Positions 19,185 through 27,877 of a DNA stretch of 45,854 bases are shown piece after piece. Each line of letters opens with the position of its first letter. Position 1 is the stretch's first letter. The notes under the pieces were generated by a model, which did not search any database, had not been told where the DNA came from, and worked only from the letters and a program-made list of their open reading frames with translations. Source of the stretch: Faecousia sp. (GTDB taxonomy: Bacteria > Bacillota > Clostridia > Oscillospirales > Oscillospiraceae); assembly GCA_045658625.1 (NCBI GenBank), contig JAZOVI010000005.1, forward strand, positions 1 to 45,854, in the 5' to 3' direction. The position numbers and the translations under genes are program-made.

Positions 19185-19845
19185 CGTTTTTCCACCCCTG
19201 TCTGATGATATCGAGAATGTAGGTTTCGGTCAGGACAGAGCCGCGGCCCTTTTCCTTTTGGAACTCGTCCCGAGCAGCAGTGTCCCGAGCCAGCTTTTTG
19301 GGATAGTAAATTTCTTTGGGAGCAGCAATAGCTTCCTCAAAGGAAAGAGCATCAAAAGCTTTCTGAGATACGGCAACAACCTGCTCACCCAACTTGCCCA
19401 GCACCATAGCATGCTCCAGCTGAGAAAGGCTGATGGTATTGTTCAGAAAAGCGGATGCGAAGGAGAAATAGGAGTCATCGGCACGGTAACCCTTGATGAC
19501 ATCATACTTCTTATAATCGATGCCGAAATTTTCAAAGATGTATGCCCGCGCCTGCCGAGCCACATCACCACCAATGCGGAACTTCCGGTTTTCCAACAGA
19601 ATTGCCAACCAGTTCAGAATATTATAGTCACCGCTGGTCAGACTCAAAACCGTCAGGTCAGACATATCCAGTGTATATTTGTTGGCATAGCCGTCTGTTT
19701 CTACAGAGCAAGCCCATTCTTTTGCCAAGTCCAGAGTTTCAGTGCAATAGAAGCCCAAACCATAATCATTATTGGGGTTGCCGACGCCGAACTGGGGCTT
19801 TTCGATAATAACCGGCGAGCCGTGATATACTGTTAGTTTACTCAT
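19150..19845 (-). CDS. DUF3990 family protein (ADP-ribosyltransferase-like)
   Basis: VYHGS, DYGLGFYCT, AKEWA, YDVIKGYRADD, LGEQV; GAGGTG RBS. Confidence 0.8.
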   Translation of the reverse strand: MSKLTVYHGSPVIIEKPQFGVGNPNNDYGLGFYCTETLDLAKEWACSVETDGYANKYTLDMSDLTVLSLTSGDYNILNWLAILLENRKFRIGGDVARQARAYIFENFGIDYKKYDVIKGYRADDSYFSFASAFLNNTISLSQLEHAMVLGKLGEQVVAVSQKAFDALSFEEAIAAPKEIYYPKKLARDTAARDEFQKEKGRGSVLTETYILDIIRQGWKNDDERLQRVVLG

Positions 19846-19864
19846 AGCAAACACCTCTTGTTAG

Positions 19865-19926
19865 TATCGTTCTAACGATAGTTTGTTCTTTGCTATTATT
19901 ATATCGTTGCAGCGATAGTTTGTCAA
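19865..19926 (-). promoter_or_regulatory. consensus sigma-A promoter with two palindromic operators
   Basis: Minus strand TTGACA (19926-19921), 17 bp, TATAAT (19903-19898); TATCGTTCTAACGATA and TATCGTTGCAGCGATA, each followed by GTTTGT. Confidence 0.8.
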
Positions 19927-19966
19927 GGGGAAAAAGAAAAGCTCCCATGCCGGTGACACAGAAGCT

Positions 19967-20206
19967 TTAGGGTTCCAAATTATCTTCTACAAATAATGGA
20001 GAGTTGAAGAACTCTGTGATGCTGATTCCAAATCCTTGACAGACTTCGTGGATTACGCGGAGCTTTACAGAATCATAGGTGCAGTTTACCAGGTTGCCTA
20101 TGGTGGATTTCGGCACACCGCTTTTGACATACAACTGATAGTTGGTCATGTTCCGCTCCTTAAGAAGCTCAGTAATTCTCTTGCTAACGGCCTCGTTCAA
20201 CTGCAT
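19967..20206 (-). CDS. small Xre/Cro-CI HTH regulator
   Basis: MTNYQLYVKSGVPKSTIGNL...GISITEFF. Confidence 0.85.
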   Translation of the reverse strand: MQLNEAVSKRITELLKERNMTNYQLYVKSGVPKSTIGNLVNCTYDSVKLRVIHEVCQGFGISITEFFNSPLFVEDNLEP

Positions 20207-20328
20207 CCTTTACACCACTCTTCCCTGTAACTGTACTATTATTATAAGAAGTAAAGTTAGAAATATAGTACAGGTGGATGTACTAATCTGATTTTTTGTT
20301 GTATAATGGGGCAAAAGGGGGTGGGATA

Positions 20329-20799
20329 TTGTCTGTATGTACATTTTTCGGACATAGTGAGTGCTACGGTCTGGATGCAGCGGTGCTCCGGAGCGCCATA
20401 GAGGAATTGATAGGGCAAGGCATCACTGAGTTCGTGGTCGGTAACCACGGGCAATTTGATGGGGCGGTGTTTTCTTGTCTGCAGAGCCTCAGCAAAGACT
20501 ATCCCAAGATATCATACTCCGTTGCGCTGGCATACTTGCCAACCCACAAGGAGGACTACGATATATACCATGGACACAGCTTCTACCCCGAGGGGGTGGA
20601 GATAGGTCCAGCTAAGTTTGCCATTGAGCGGCGGAATAAGTGGATGATTGATGCATCTGATTGTTGCCTGTGTTATATTAATCATACATGGGGCGGTGCA
20701 TACAAATTTGCACGTATGGCAATGAATCGCGGTCTACATGTTATCAATTTGGGCAGCGTGGTCATAGAGGGGAATCCACGCAGGAGGAAGAAAGAATGA
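20329..20799 (+). CDS. SLOG superfamily (YspA/DUF1273-like) protein; TTG start inferred
   Basis: CTFFGH, FVVGNHGQFD, AIERRNKWMID, WGGAYK. Confidence 0.7.
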   Translation: MSVCTFFGHSECYGLDAAVLRSAIEELIGQGITEFVVGNHGQFDGAVFSCLQSLSKDYPKISYSVALAYLPTHKEDYDIYHGHSFYPEGVEIGPAKFAIERRNKWMIDASDCCLCYINHTWGGAYKFARMAMNRGLHVINLGSVVIEGNPRRRKKE

Positions 20800-21227
20800 A
20801 GAGAATCTTGTGCACAAGCATTGTGCTGATTATACTGCTGGCTGCCTGCTCTGCACCGGTGCAGCGGGTGCCGCCAACTACTACAGAGTTGAGCGGAGAC
20901 TATACATACGGTGTATATGAATTGGACTTCAATGTGGAACAACTGTCCGGCTGGCCTTTTGAGGGTTGGGATGTTGTCTATACATACAATGGCGAGACAA
21001 TCAAAAGCGGATACCAAGTGTTGCTGTCCGTGGAAGTGTTTACATTCTATTCCGTCCAGGTGGAAGTGGTTGAACGGGACAATCCAAAAAATTCCTTTAC
21101 AGCGAGTTTCCCTGTCGCCATCTGCGATGGCGGCTCCGGTAAGACGGAGATAACAGTCACTGACAGCAATGGCAAAACTGCAACATTCAAAGTGACCTGT
21201 AAAGTGACTCAGGTAGGGAAACGGTAA
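20796..21227 (+). CDS. hypothetical lipoprotein
   Basis: GGAGG RBS; MKRILCTSIVLIILLAAC lipobox; beta-rich mature part. Confidence 0.7.
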   Translation: MKRILCTSIVLIILLAACSAPVQRVPPTTTELSGDYTYGVYELDFNVEQLSGWPFEGWDVVYTYNGETIKSGYQVLLSVEVFTFYSVQVEVVERDNPKNSFTASFPVAICDGGSGKTEITVTDSNGKTATFKVTCKVTQVGKR

Positions 21228-21250
21228 TTTATACACAAGGCATAAAAATA

Positions 21251-21279
21251 CCCAGGCTGTGGCGCAGCCTGGGCTTTTT
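21251..21279 (+). terminator. intrinsic terminator
   Basis: CCCAGGCTG-TGGCG-CAGCCTGGG followed by CTTTTT. Confidence 0.75.
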
Positions 21280-21377
21280 GATATTGGTGGTGGGTCTCTC
21301 ATCGCCTTATGGAAAAGGTGTTAAAAGGGTGTGTACTTGGCTACATCGATGTCACCTCAATTCCGTTCGGACCATAG

Positions 21378-22589
21378 TTACGGAAGCTGGTCAGCAAGCA
21401 CGGCTGTTAGGATAAGAACGGCAAGCTTTTGCATTGCACGTCCTTCTCCAATCGCTGGAGCAGGACCGACTAATTCCTGTTTCCAGTTCGTATACGAATT
21501 CGATATACGCTGCAGGCTGCTTGACCACCGAACGCCGCGGCTGGCAAGACCCGGTTTATCAAATGCAGTGGGAACCCCGTAGGTCGTGAATACGCGTCCA
21601 TTAGGTTTCCTATGTACTTGTCTGATGATAGTGAATACGCTTTTTGCCATCGATTTGAGGCGCAGCATATCCTGCTCTCCGATAGGACCACGCCGCATCA
21701 CAATTTCATCCAGAAACTGCCTGACAACAGCCGTTTCACCAACGGCATTGAAAAGGTCGTGGATGAGGATTTTTCCCTCAACATCCATCGGTTCAATAGC
21801 TGGGATTTCCGGCTGAGCATATGTCGTAACTCTATCGTAGAAAGAATCGAATGTGGATTTCTCCCAAAAGCGCCGGATGTCTTCGGTGGCTTCGTCAATG
21901 GTGACGATGGGCACCTGCTGGTCCAACAAATTGTAAAGCTTGCGCAGCTCGGCCTCGGAATCATTATTTCGGCTGGTTTCAGCACAAGAAACAATGACAG
22001 TTCCGTCCTGTTTCTCCATTTTGAAGAAGAAGCGTCCGTGTGTATCATCTTCGTATTCCTTGACCAGGGTAATGATGGACTCGCTGATACCAAAGCCATC
22101 AGCAAAGAAACCGTCACCCTTCCGGATAAAAAATACCTTGTGCCGGTCACTCTGGGCATCCTGAATCAGCGCGTTGATGAACGCATCGGTCAGCGAAGTA
22201 TCGTCTTTAGGGTCGATTCCTTCATCTTCTGCGGCTGCATCCATCGTATCCATCAAAGCCTGCGATAGAACATCGTATAGGGCGTGGAGGGGACCGGTGT
22301 TGCCGGCTGCAATCCATTCGACGGACCGCATCTCCATTTCGCTACTCTCCGGGTTAATTGCCTGGAGACAGTACTGACAGTACTGCTCTGTTTCGGCTTC
22401 AGCAACCAGAGTGATGATGAGTTTGCTCTGCTTATCGTCCAAACGAAAGCCTGGGTGTCCGGCTCCACAGTCGGAGCAGTATGTCCACGGATTTTGGGTT
22501 CCGGCAGCAGATAGGGTGTGAATCAGATTGTCCACCGGTGTTTCGTCGGGATGGTCTCCCATTTGGATTTCAAGTTCAAATTTGTTCAT
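21378..22589 (-). CDS. hypothetical protein (403 aa, acidic, two CxxC)
   Basis: Long ORF with GGAG RBS; CSDC and CQYC; no family recognised. Confidence 0.7.
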   Translation of the reverse strand: MNKFELEIQMGDHPDETPVDNLIHTLSAAGTQNPWTYCSDCGAGHPGFRLDDKQSKLIITLVAEAETEQYCQYCLQAINPESSEMEMRSVEWIAAGNTGPLHALYDVLSQALMDTMDAAAEDEGIDPKDDTSLTDAFINALIQDAQSDRHKVFFIRKGDGFFADGFGISESIITLVKEYEDDTHGRFFFKMEKQDGTVIVSCAETSRNNDSEAELRKLYNLLDQQVPIVTIDEATEDIRRFWEKSTFDSFYDRVTTYAQPEIPAIEPMDVEGKILIHDLFNAVGETAVVRQFLDEIVMRRGPIGEQDMLRLKSMAKSVFTIIRQVHRKPNGRVFTTYGVPTAFDKPGLASRGVRWSSSLQRISNSYTNWKQELVGPAPAIGEGRAMQKLAVLILTAVLADQLP

Positions 22590-22651
22590 GAGTGTATCTC
22601 CAATCGTAAAAAATTATTATGAAGGCAGTAGCCTATCATTTGGAATGGGGG

Positions 22652-23449
22652 TCACATATCTATCAGCAGATTTGCGACGATATCAGATGCAACCTTGAGG
22701 CGGATTTCATCTGAGCTGAGGTCTGCGTACTTTGCTTCTTTGATGATGACGTAAGCATTCACCCATTTAGCAACGGGTTCGGAGGTAATGTTGCCATAGG
22801 TTTTTCCATCGGAATCTTTCAATACGGAGTTTTCGACAATAAGACAGCTTTCTTTGATGCGTGCCTGCTGAAGAAATTTCACCAAACTACGAATCATTTT
22901 GTTGCGACGCATCCATTCGGGACTACTCTCGCTGATGTCCTCGCAGAGGATGGATGGCTGCATAACATTCATAAGCTGGCCTACAATTTGCTCCGCAGTG
23001 AGAGAACGGAAGATATCAATAATCTTCAGGCAATGGTCGTCCATCTCTTCTACGGATAGTTGCGACTCGGTATTCTTGTGCATAGGGTCCCCGTAGAGTT
23101 CTCGGTGTCTGACAGATGCCTTTGCCCATTTGTATAGATGGGAAAGGTGGGTTGAATTTTCGGGGTCACCGTCAAATTCCTGCAGGGTATAGTCGAATAC
23201 GTCCCCCTTCTTGTAGAGCATGCAGGTAACCAGCTGATTTTTAATTCGATAAGATTTGAGCTGGATATAGCTGTCACCAGATAGACCCGTGGAGAAAAAC
23301 GTTCCCCATCCGGCATCTGGGACACGATTCCATTTGATTTTTGGTTTTTCACTTTTTAGGTCTTTGATAAGCTGCTTTACGAAACAGCAAGCTTCTGTTT
23401 CTGTGACGGTTCCACCACAGGAGTTGAGTAGATATAGGGTTCGTTCCAT
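22652..23449 (-). CDS. hypothetical protein
   Basis: Start MERTLYLL with AAGGAG RBS; no family recognised. Confidence 0.7.
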   Translation of the reverse strand: MERTLYLLNSCGGTVTETEACCFVKQLIKDLKSEKPKIKWNRVPDAGWGTFFSTGLSGDSYIQLKSYRIKNQLVTCMLYKKGDVFDYTLQEFDGDPENSTHLSHLYKWAKASVRHRELYGDPMHKNTESQLSVEEMDDHCLKIIDIFRSLTAEQIVGQLMNVMQPSILCEDISESSPEWMRRNKMIRSLVKFLQQARIKESCLIVENSVLKDSDGKTYGNITSEPVAKWVNAYVIIKEAKYADLSSDEIRLKVASDIVANLLIDM

Positions 23450-23516
23450 AGTTAAGTAGCTCCTTTTATGTTGATTGTTATATAAACACAGCGCTAAGCG
23501 CTGATGATAATAATTG

Positions 23517-23844
23517 ACTACCAATCCCGGATGCGTCCGGATTGCATCCGGGACCGGTAGCTTTTGCGGCGTGCGATTGATGGTGTAACGGCCATCAGCC
23601 GGTATTGGGAAGACGCCAGATTTGATTCATGAATCTGCGATGAGTCAGGAGACTCGCTGTATTGTCGGATACAGCGACCGGTATTGTAGTGCGATAACAG
23701 TAAAGGAGACGTGCACGCCGTTGGGTAATAAGTTAAGGACTAAAGACTCATGTTGTCATCAACTTTATTACGTTTAAATTATGGCATTTACAGGTGACAC
23801 ATACAGCGGAAATGCAAAAAGAGAGCGATTGCTCGCTCCCTTTT
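23517..23844 (+). other. highly structured non-coding region (candidate ncRNA or ssDNA element)
   Basis: Multiple nested stems with G-U pairs; ends in terminator-like hairpin 23816-23844. Confidence 0.5.
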
Positions 23845-24139
23845 AGAATGAAAACTCTTCGTTTTGGTCTTGCTTCATAGCACGCATGTCTTCCTGGAAT
23901 TTTGTCCAGAGATGTTCCTGTTCGGTGTCGGCCAGTGTGCCCATCAGATTGAAAAGGATGCCGAGGTCATAGCACAACTGTGCGGTGGTAACTCGAAGTT
24001 TATGCTGTGCCTCCTTTAGATAGGATACGCTGGCGCGTAAACCGACGCGCTCAATTTCCAGCTCGGTGACTTCCGCGCTCAGCTCGTCCCTTTTGCGCAT
24101 TAGGTCTAAGTATTCTTGCAGGGTAGGGGTTTCGTTCAT
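23843..24139 (-). CDS. small coiled-coil hypothetical protein
   Basis: AAGGAGG RBS; heptad pattern; directly downstream of the relaxase. Confidence 0.7.
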   Translation of the reverse strand: MNETPTLQEYLDLMRKRDELSAEVTELEIERVGLRASVSYLKEAQHKLRVTTAQLCYDLGILFNLMGTLADTEQEHLWTKFQEDMRAMKQDQNEEFSF

Positions 24140-24195
24140 ACCGGGTCCTCCTTAATATGTTGTTATATATACAATTATGACCGATTGGGGTCTCA

Positions 24196-25266
24196 TCAAG
24201 TACGCTCGTCGACTGTTTCCAGCTCCTTAAGAGCGTCATAAGCTGTTGCCCCGTCGCTCGTGAGCATGAGCTCATCCAGCGCTGTGCGGCCTTTACCAAG
24301 GTGGATACTGCTGAGCCTTGTGAAGAAATTCTGGATGGGGACCAGAATGCTTTTTAAGCGACTCAGAGCGGATTCTAAGCGGTTCTTTTGCCTTGTTAGA
24401 CCATCGACCTCGCTTTTTAACTGCTCTGCTTTGCAGGCTTCCTGGGCAACGACAGCCTGAATTTCCAAACGTTCTTTTTCGAGCCTTTTGATGTCTTGCT
24501 GTGCCTGGTCCCGCTGATATGTAACCAAATCCTTGCCGGCCCGCGATGAATCACGTGCTTCGCGCTCAATTTCTAATCCAAATTCCTGTTCGCAGATATC
24601 GGCGAATGTATTTCTGATTTCTTCAGAGAATGCCATTTGCCTGTTGTTGTATTTATGCTCAGGTTTTTCTGCATCAGGCAAGGCGATACCTGCTTCCTTC
24701 ATACCCTTTGTAATGCTGACCTTAACTCCATTTTTGTCGGTTGTGCTGATAAAAATTCCTCTCAGGTGCAGGTGGGCTGCACCCCTCTCATCAAGGTGGG
24801 TGGCTACACATAATGGTATGAAATTTTTAGAGTACTTTTTCTGGAGACATCGGATGAGCTCTGAACCTGCGGCTTTCAGAACATCGGCGCCGGGATTGTT
24901 GCCCGTATCCCCGATGTAAATCAGGTACTCATCGGGGCAACTTTGCGGGGAACGGTAGTATTGTTCGAGAGTCTTACATTTTTCGGGATGCCTCTGTGCA
25001 ATATATCGTTCGTTCATGGTATCGAGTCTTTTTTGAAAAAGTTTTCTATAAACAGCAAGTTCGTGAGCCTGAAGATTTTTGGATTTTTTGTGATGCAGGG
25101 TTCCATCCTCGTCTACATGGAATTCGACATACCGGTTTAGGTGAGTACGCGTCGGGTCGATATGTTTTGCCTTTTTTAGGTCAAAATGCCGGTCCAGATG
25201 CCGGGCAGAGAACGCCGTTCCGTCTTTTGTGGTGCGGGCCTTGTGGGTAGTGATTCTATATGCCAT
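24196..25266 (-). CDS. MOBV (Mob/Pre) relaxase
   Basis: ARHLDR..HIDPTRTHLN, ATHLDERGAAHLHL (HxDE...HxH), C-terminal coiled coil. Confidence 0.85.
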   Translation of the reverse strand: MAYRITTHKARTTKDGTAFSARHLDRHFDLKKAKHIDPTRTHLNRYVEFHVDEDGTLHHKKSKNLQAHELAVYRKLFQKRLDTMNERYIAQRHPEKCKTLEQYYRSPQSCPDEYLIYIGDTGNNPGADVLKAAGSELIRCLQKKYSKNFIPLCVATHLDERGAAHLHLRGIFISTTDKNGVKVSITKGMKEAGIALPDAEKPEHKYNNRQMAFSEEIRNTFADICEQEFGLEIEREARDSSRAGKDLVTYQRDQAQQDIKRLEKERLEIQAVVAQEACKAEQLKSEVDGLTRQKNRLESALSRLKSILVPIQNFFTRLSSIHLGKGRTALDELMLTSDGATAYDALKELETVDERT

Positions 25267-25342
25267 AGTGCTTCCTCCTTATGTTTTGCTAAAGAAAGTA
25301 TGACAGATATACGAAGAGGAAACGGAATGATGGTTTTACGTC

Positions 25343-25376
25343 TGCGTTAACCAATACGCCGTATTGGTTTAACGCA
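25343..25376. promoter_or_regulatory. candidate oriT inverted repeat upstream of the relaxase
   Basis: TGCGTTAACCAATAC-GCC-GTATTGG(T)TTAACGCA; position typical of MOBV oriT. Confidence 0.45.
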
Positions 25377-25792
25377 CACGTCAAACCCGGCGCTCTTTCC
25401 AGAGGGGAGGCTGTCTGCCGACCCTGTCAGGGAGACTTCTGTGCGAAGGGCACTCTTGCTCAGAGGGAGCCACTTGCGAAGTGGACACGGTCTTCCAGAC
25501 GGGCCCGCAAGCGGGAAGGTGCCTCCCGGCGGGCTCCTGCGCGGAGTGCCACACAAATTTTCCTCATCACAACAGCAGCACCTTTCCAAAGGTACAGCCA
25601 TCGTTCTTCCAAAAATGTGCGTGAATTACCTATATAAATGCGAAAAAGGGACTTGTGTACAAGAAAACCCCAAACCCCTCATTTATATAAGTGGAAGGCT
25701 TTTGCTGGGGAACTGCCGATGCTTCCTTCTGCATCGGCACTTCGCAGCCAAAAAGCCAACCAAAATACGAAAACTCGAAAGTGAGACACCTC

Positions 25793-27445
25793 ATGCTTAA
25801 GGAACCTATTGAACAAGAAAGTATTCAAATTGAACCCATTGACATCGATACCCTTGACGATATCGATTCTCCGGGCACACTATTAGACAATCCGTTAGAC
25901 CCCCAGTTTGAAAACCATCAAGCACAGGCGCTGAGCGCGTTCTTGAAAACATCCGGGAAAAAGGTAACGCCCATCGATTTTTATAGTGATGTTTTTCCGG
26001 AGGGAGCTCTTGCAGATTCTTCTGCACGGGAAAAAGGCAAATATGCGGGACGCATTTATAGAGACGGTGAGCTGAGTCAGTATGTAAATGATGATATGGC
26101 GGAAATTATGAAGTGCACGCCCGACCAATCCGCAGAGATGAATTGCATTGCGTATATAGGTCAAGGAAAATCCTCCAAAGATGCGTTTGAACTTTATGCG
26201 ATGATTTTTCGCGTGCTGCTGCCAGAAGAAGTCAGACCATGGTATGTCAAATCGCGTTTAGAATCAATGGAGTCTGTGCCGGACCGATTTGGTATGATGC
26301 ATCCTCGCACACCGCGGATTTGTCCTACATACATTTTGACCGACCCGAGTTATGAGTCCGTATACTTCTGCTACATTCTCAAAGACCCGATTCCAATGTA
26401 CCATCACTTGCACAAAAAGCTGCAGCGTCTGTACGATGCACTCTCTCGTGCCATACATAAGCTCTGGGATATTGGCTACTGGGATGACTTTCAGCAGCGC
26501 TTTGAATACACCTATGAGTGCAAAAAGCCGATGCCGGATAGCATTTTTCAACGCTATCCCGTGGTTGGCTCTAAATTGGGGAGTGGAGAATGTGCTGCCT
26601 ACAAGGTAGGGCGCAAATACGATTTGGATGAGCTGAATGTCCTTGTACCGAAGGTGAGCAGAGCTAAATTATACGAGCCTAAAATGACTTTGGAGGAAGC
26701 CAAAGAAAAACATCAGGATTGGCATAGACGACGTATAGAGCAACACAGAAAGCCCTCTGGGAGCAGAACATTTCATTCGCCGCCCATAGTCTACTCCTCT
26801 TTCATAGAAGATGTGGTAATGGAAAATAAGGACACCATTCAGCTGGGCGTGTTTGAAGCGCTGGCGGCTTATGCAGTGAAATCGAATATCTGCGAAGAAA
26901 CATTCTTTCTGGATATGGATTTTATACATAAGGCTTTGTCTGCTCGTTTTGATGAAGCAGATATCCTTGAACACAAAAATCGGGCCAAAGAGGAATTTGA
27001 AGCAAATCCTCTTGGGTTGCATTATAAGAAAACCGAAGAAATCGGCGAAATGATTGGCATACCAATTACCCCGACTAAAAGAAATGGCCGAACCCAGAAG
27101 GAACACTTAAAGCTGGTGCACGATTCGCAATCTATGGAAAGTAAAGTCCTTGCGTGGGTCAAAGATAATCCCAGGGGTACGCAGATACAGTGCAGTAAGG
27201 AACTGAACATATCCCGGAAAACCGTTTCCAAATGGTGGCCGTCTTGCAAAAAGAGAGAGAAAACCCAAAAAGAAACCCCAGTAAAAAATCCCTGCCCGAT
27301 TTGTGGAGCAGAAATGGTTAAGACCAAAGTGGGTCCCCGCTTCTGGGAACAAAAGTCCAAATTCTATGCTCGAATCGACAAAGACTGCCCCAATTGCAAA
27401 CATCATATTAAGGGCAAAGCCTATCCCTGTCAGCGCTCAGGTTGA
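25793..27445 (+). CDS. replication initiator-like protein (AEP/primase-like Rep family, degenerate active site) with C-terminal HTH and Zn ribbon
   Basis: PTYIL...YILKDPIP, TLEEAKEK, KRNGRTQKEHL, NPRGTQIQCSKELNISRKTVSKWW, CPICG...CPNC; divergent from the relaxase. Confidence 0.65.
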   Translation: MLKEPIEQESIQIEPIDIDTLDDIDSPGTLLDNPLDPQFENHQAQALSAFLKTSGKKVTPIDFYSDVFPEGALADSSAREKGKYAGRIYRDGELSQYVNDDMAEIMKCTPDQSAEMNCIAYIGQGKSSKDAFELYAMIFRVLLPEEVRPWYVKSRLESMESVPDRFGMMHPRTPRICPTYILTDPSYESVYFCYILKDPIPMYHHLHKKLQRLYDALSRAIHKLWDIGYWDDFQQRFEYTYECKKPMPDSIFQRYPVVGSKLGSGECAAYKVGRKYDLDELNVLVPKVSRAKLYEPKMTLEEAKEKHQDWHRRRIEQHRKPSGSRTFHSPPIVYSSFIEDVVMENKDTIQLGVFEALAAYAVKSNICEETFFLDMDFIHKALSARFDEADILEHKNRAKEEFEANPLGLHYKKTEEIGEMIGIPITPTKRNGRTQKEHLKLVHDSQSMESKVLAWVKDNPRGTQIQCSKELNISRKTVSKWWPSCKKREKTQKETPVKNPCPICGAEMVKTKVGPRFWEQKSKFYARIDKDCPNCKHHIKGKAYPCQRSG

Positions 27446-27519
27446 TTCCTTTTTGGGCGCAATGGGGGTGCGTTTCAGAAAATGTAACCTCTATTGATAA
27501 TAAATGGTGGAAGTCATTA

Positions 27520-27780
27520 ATGTGGACGACAGCGAGACGATGCGTGAGTGTGGGGCCCAGTGAAACATAACTTTAGTATGGGTTCCACACGACCGCTTGC
27601 TTTTGAATGATTTACAATAGAACGTAAGCCTAAAAAGCAAGTGGTGTGGCGGCAACTGTGTGAATACGTCGAGCGCGTCGGCATCCCTAACTGCAACGAG
27701 CCTAACGCTGCGGGCTACTTTTGTGTTTGGCATTCAGCGAGTTGCAGTAATGTAAAGGAGTCGCAATTATTTGCGGCTCT
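27520..27780 (+). other. structured non-coding region downstream of rep
   Basis: Stems 27548-27559/27579-27590, 27592-27604/27633-27645, 27690-27697/27741-27748, 27757-27766/27771-27780. Confidence 0.5.
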
Positions 27781-27814
27781 ATCGAAAAAATAGTAAGCCG
27801 TATGTAATGCATTG

Positions 27815-27858
27815 TTGCAAAAATGCACGAAAGTTGTTATAATGATGTTATAACATCA
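27815..27858 (+). promoter_or_regulatory. promoter with perfect palindromic operator for the HTH-hsd operon
   Basis: TTGCAA-17 bp-TATAAT followed by TGATGTTATAACATCA (27843-27858). Confidence 0.75.
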
Positions 27859-27877
27859 CACTGGGTGAGGTGCCAAA

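Noticed and set aside
23630-23680. Hammerhead ribozyme (GATGAG followed by a stem)
   Set aside because: No CTGATGA core and no GAAA after the stem
23517-23844. Retron msr-msd or group I/II intron
   Set aside because: No reverse transcriptase in the window and no recognisable intron core motifs
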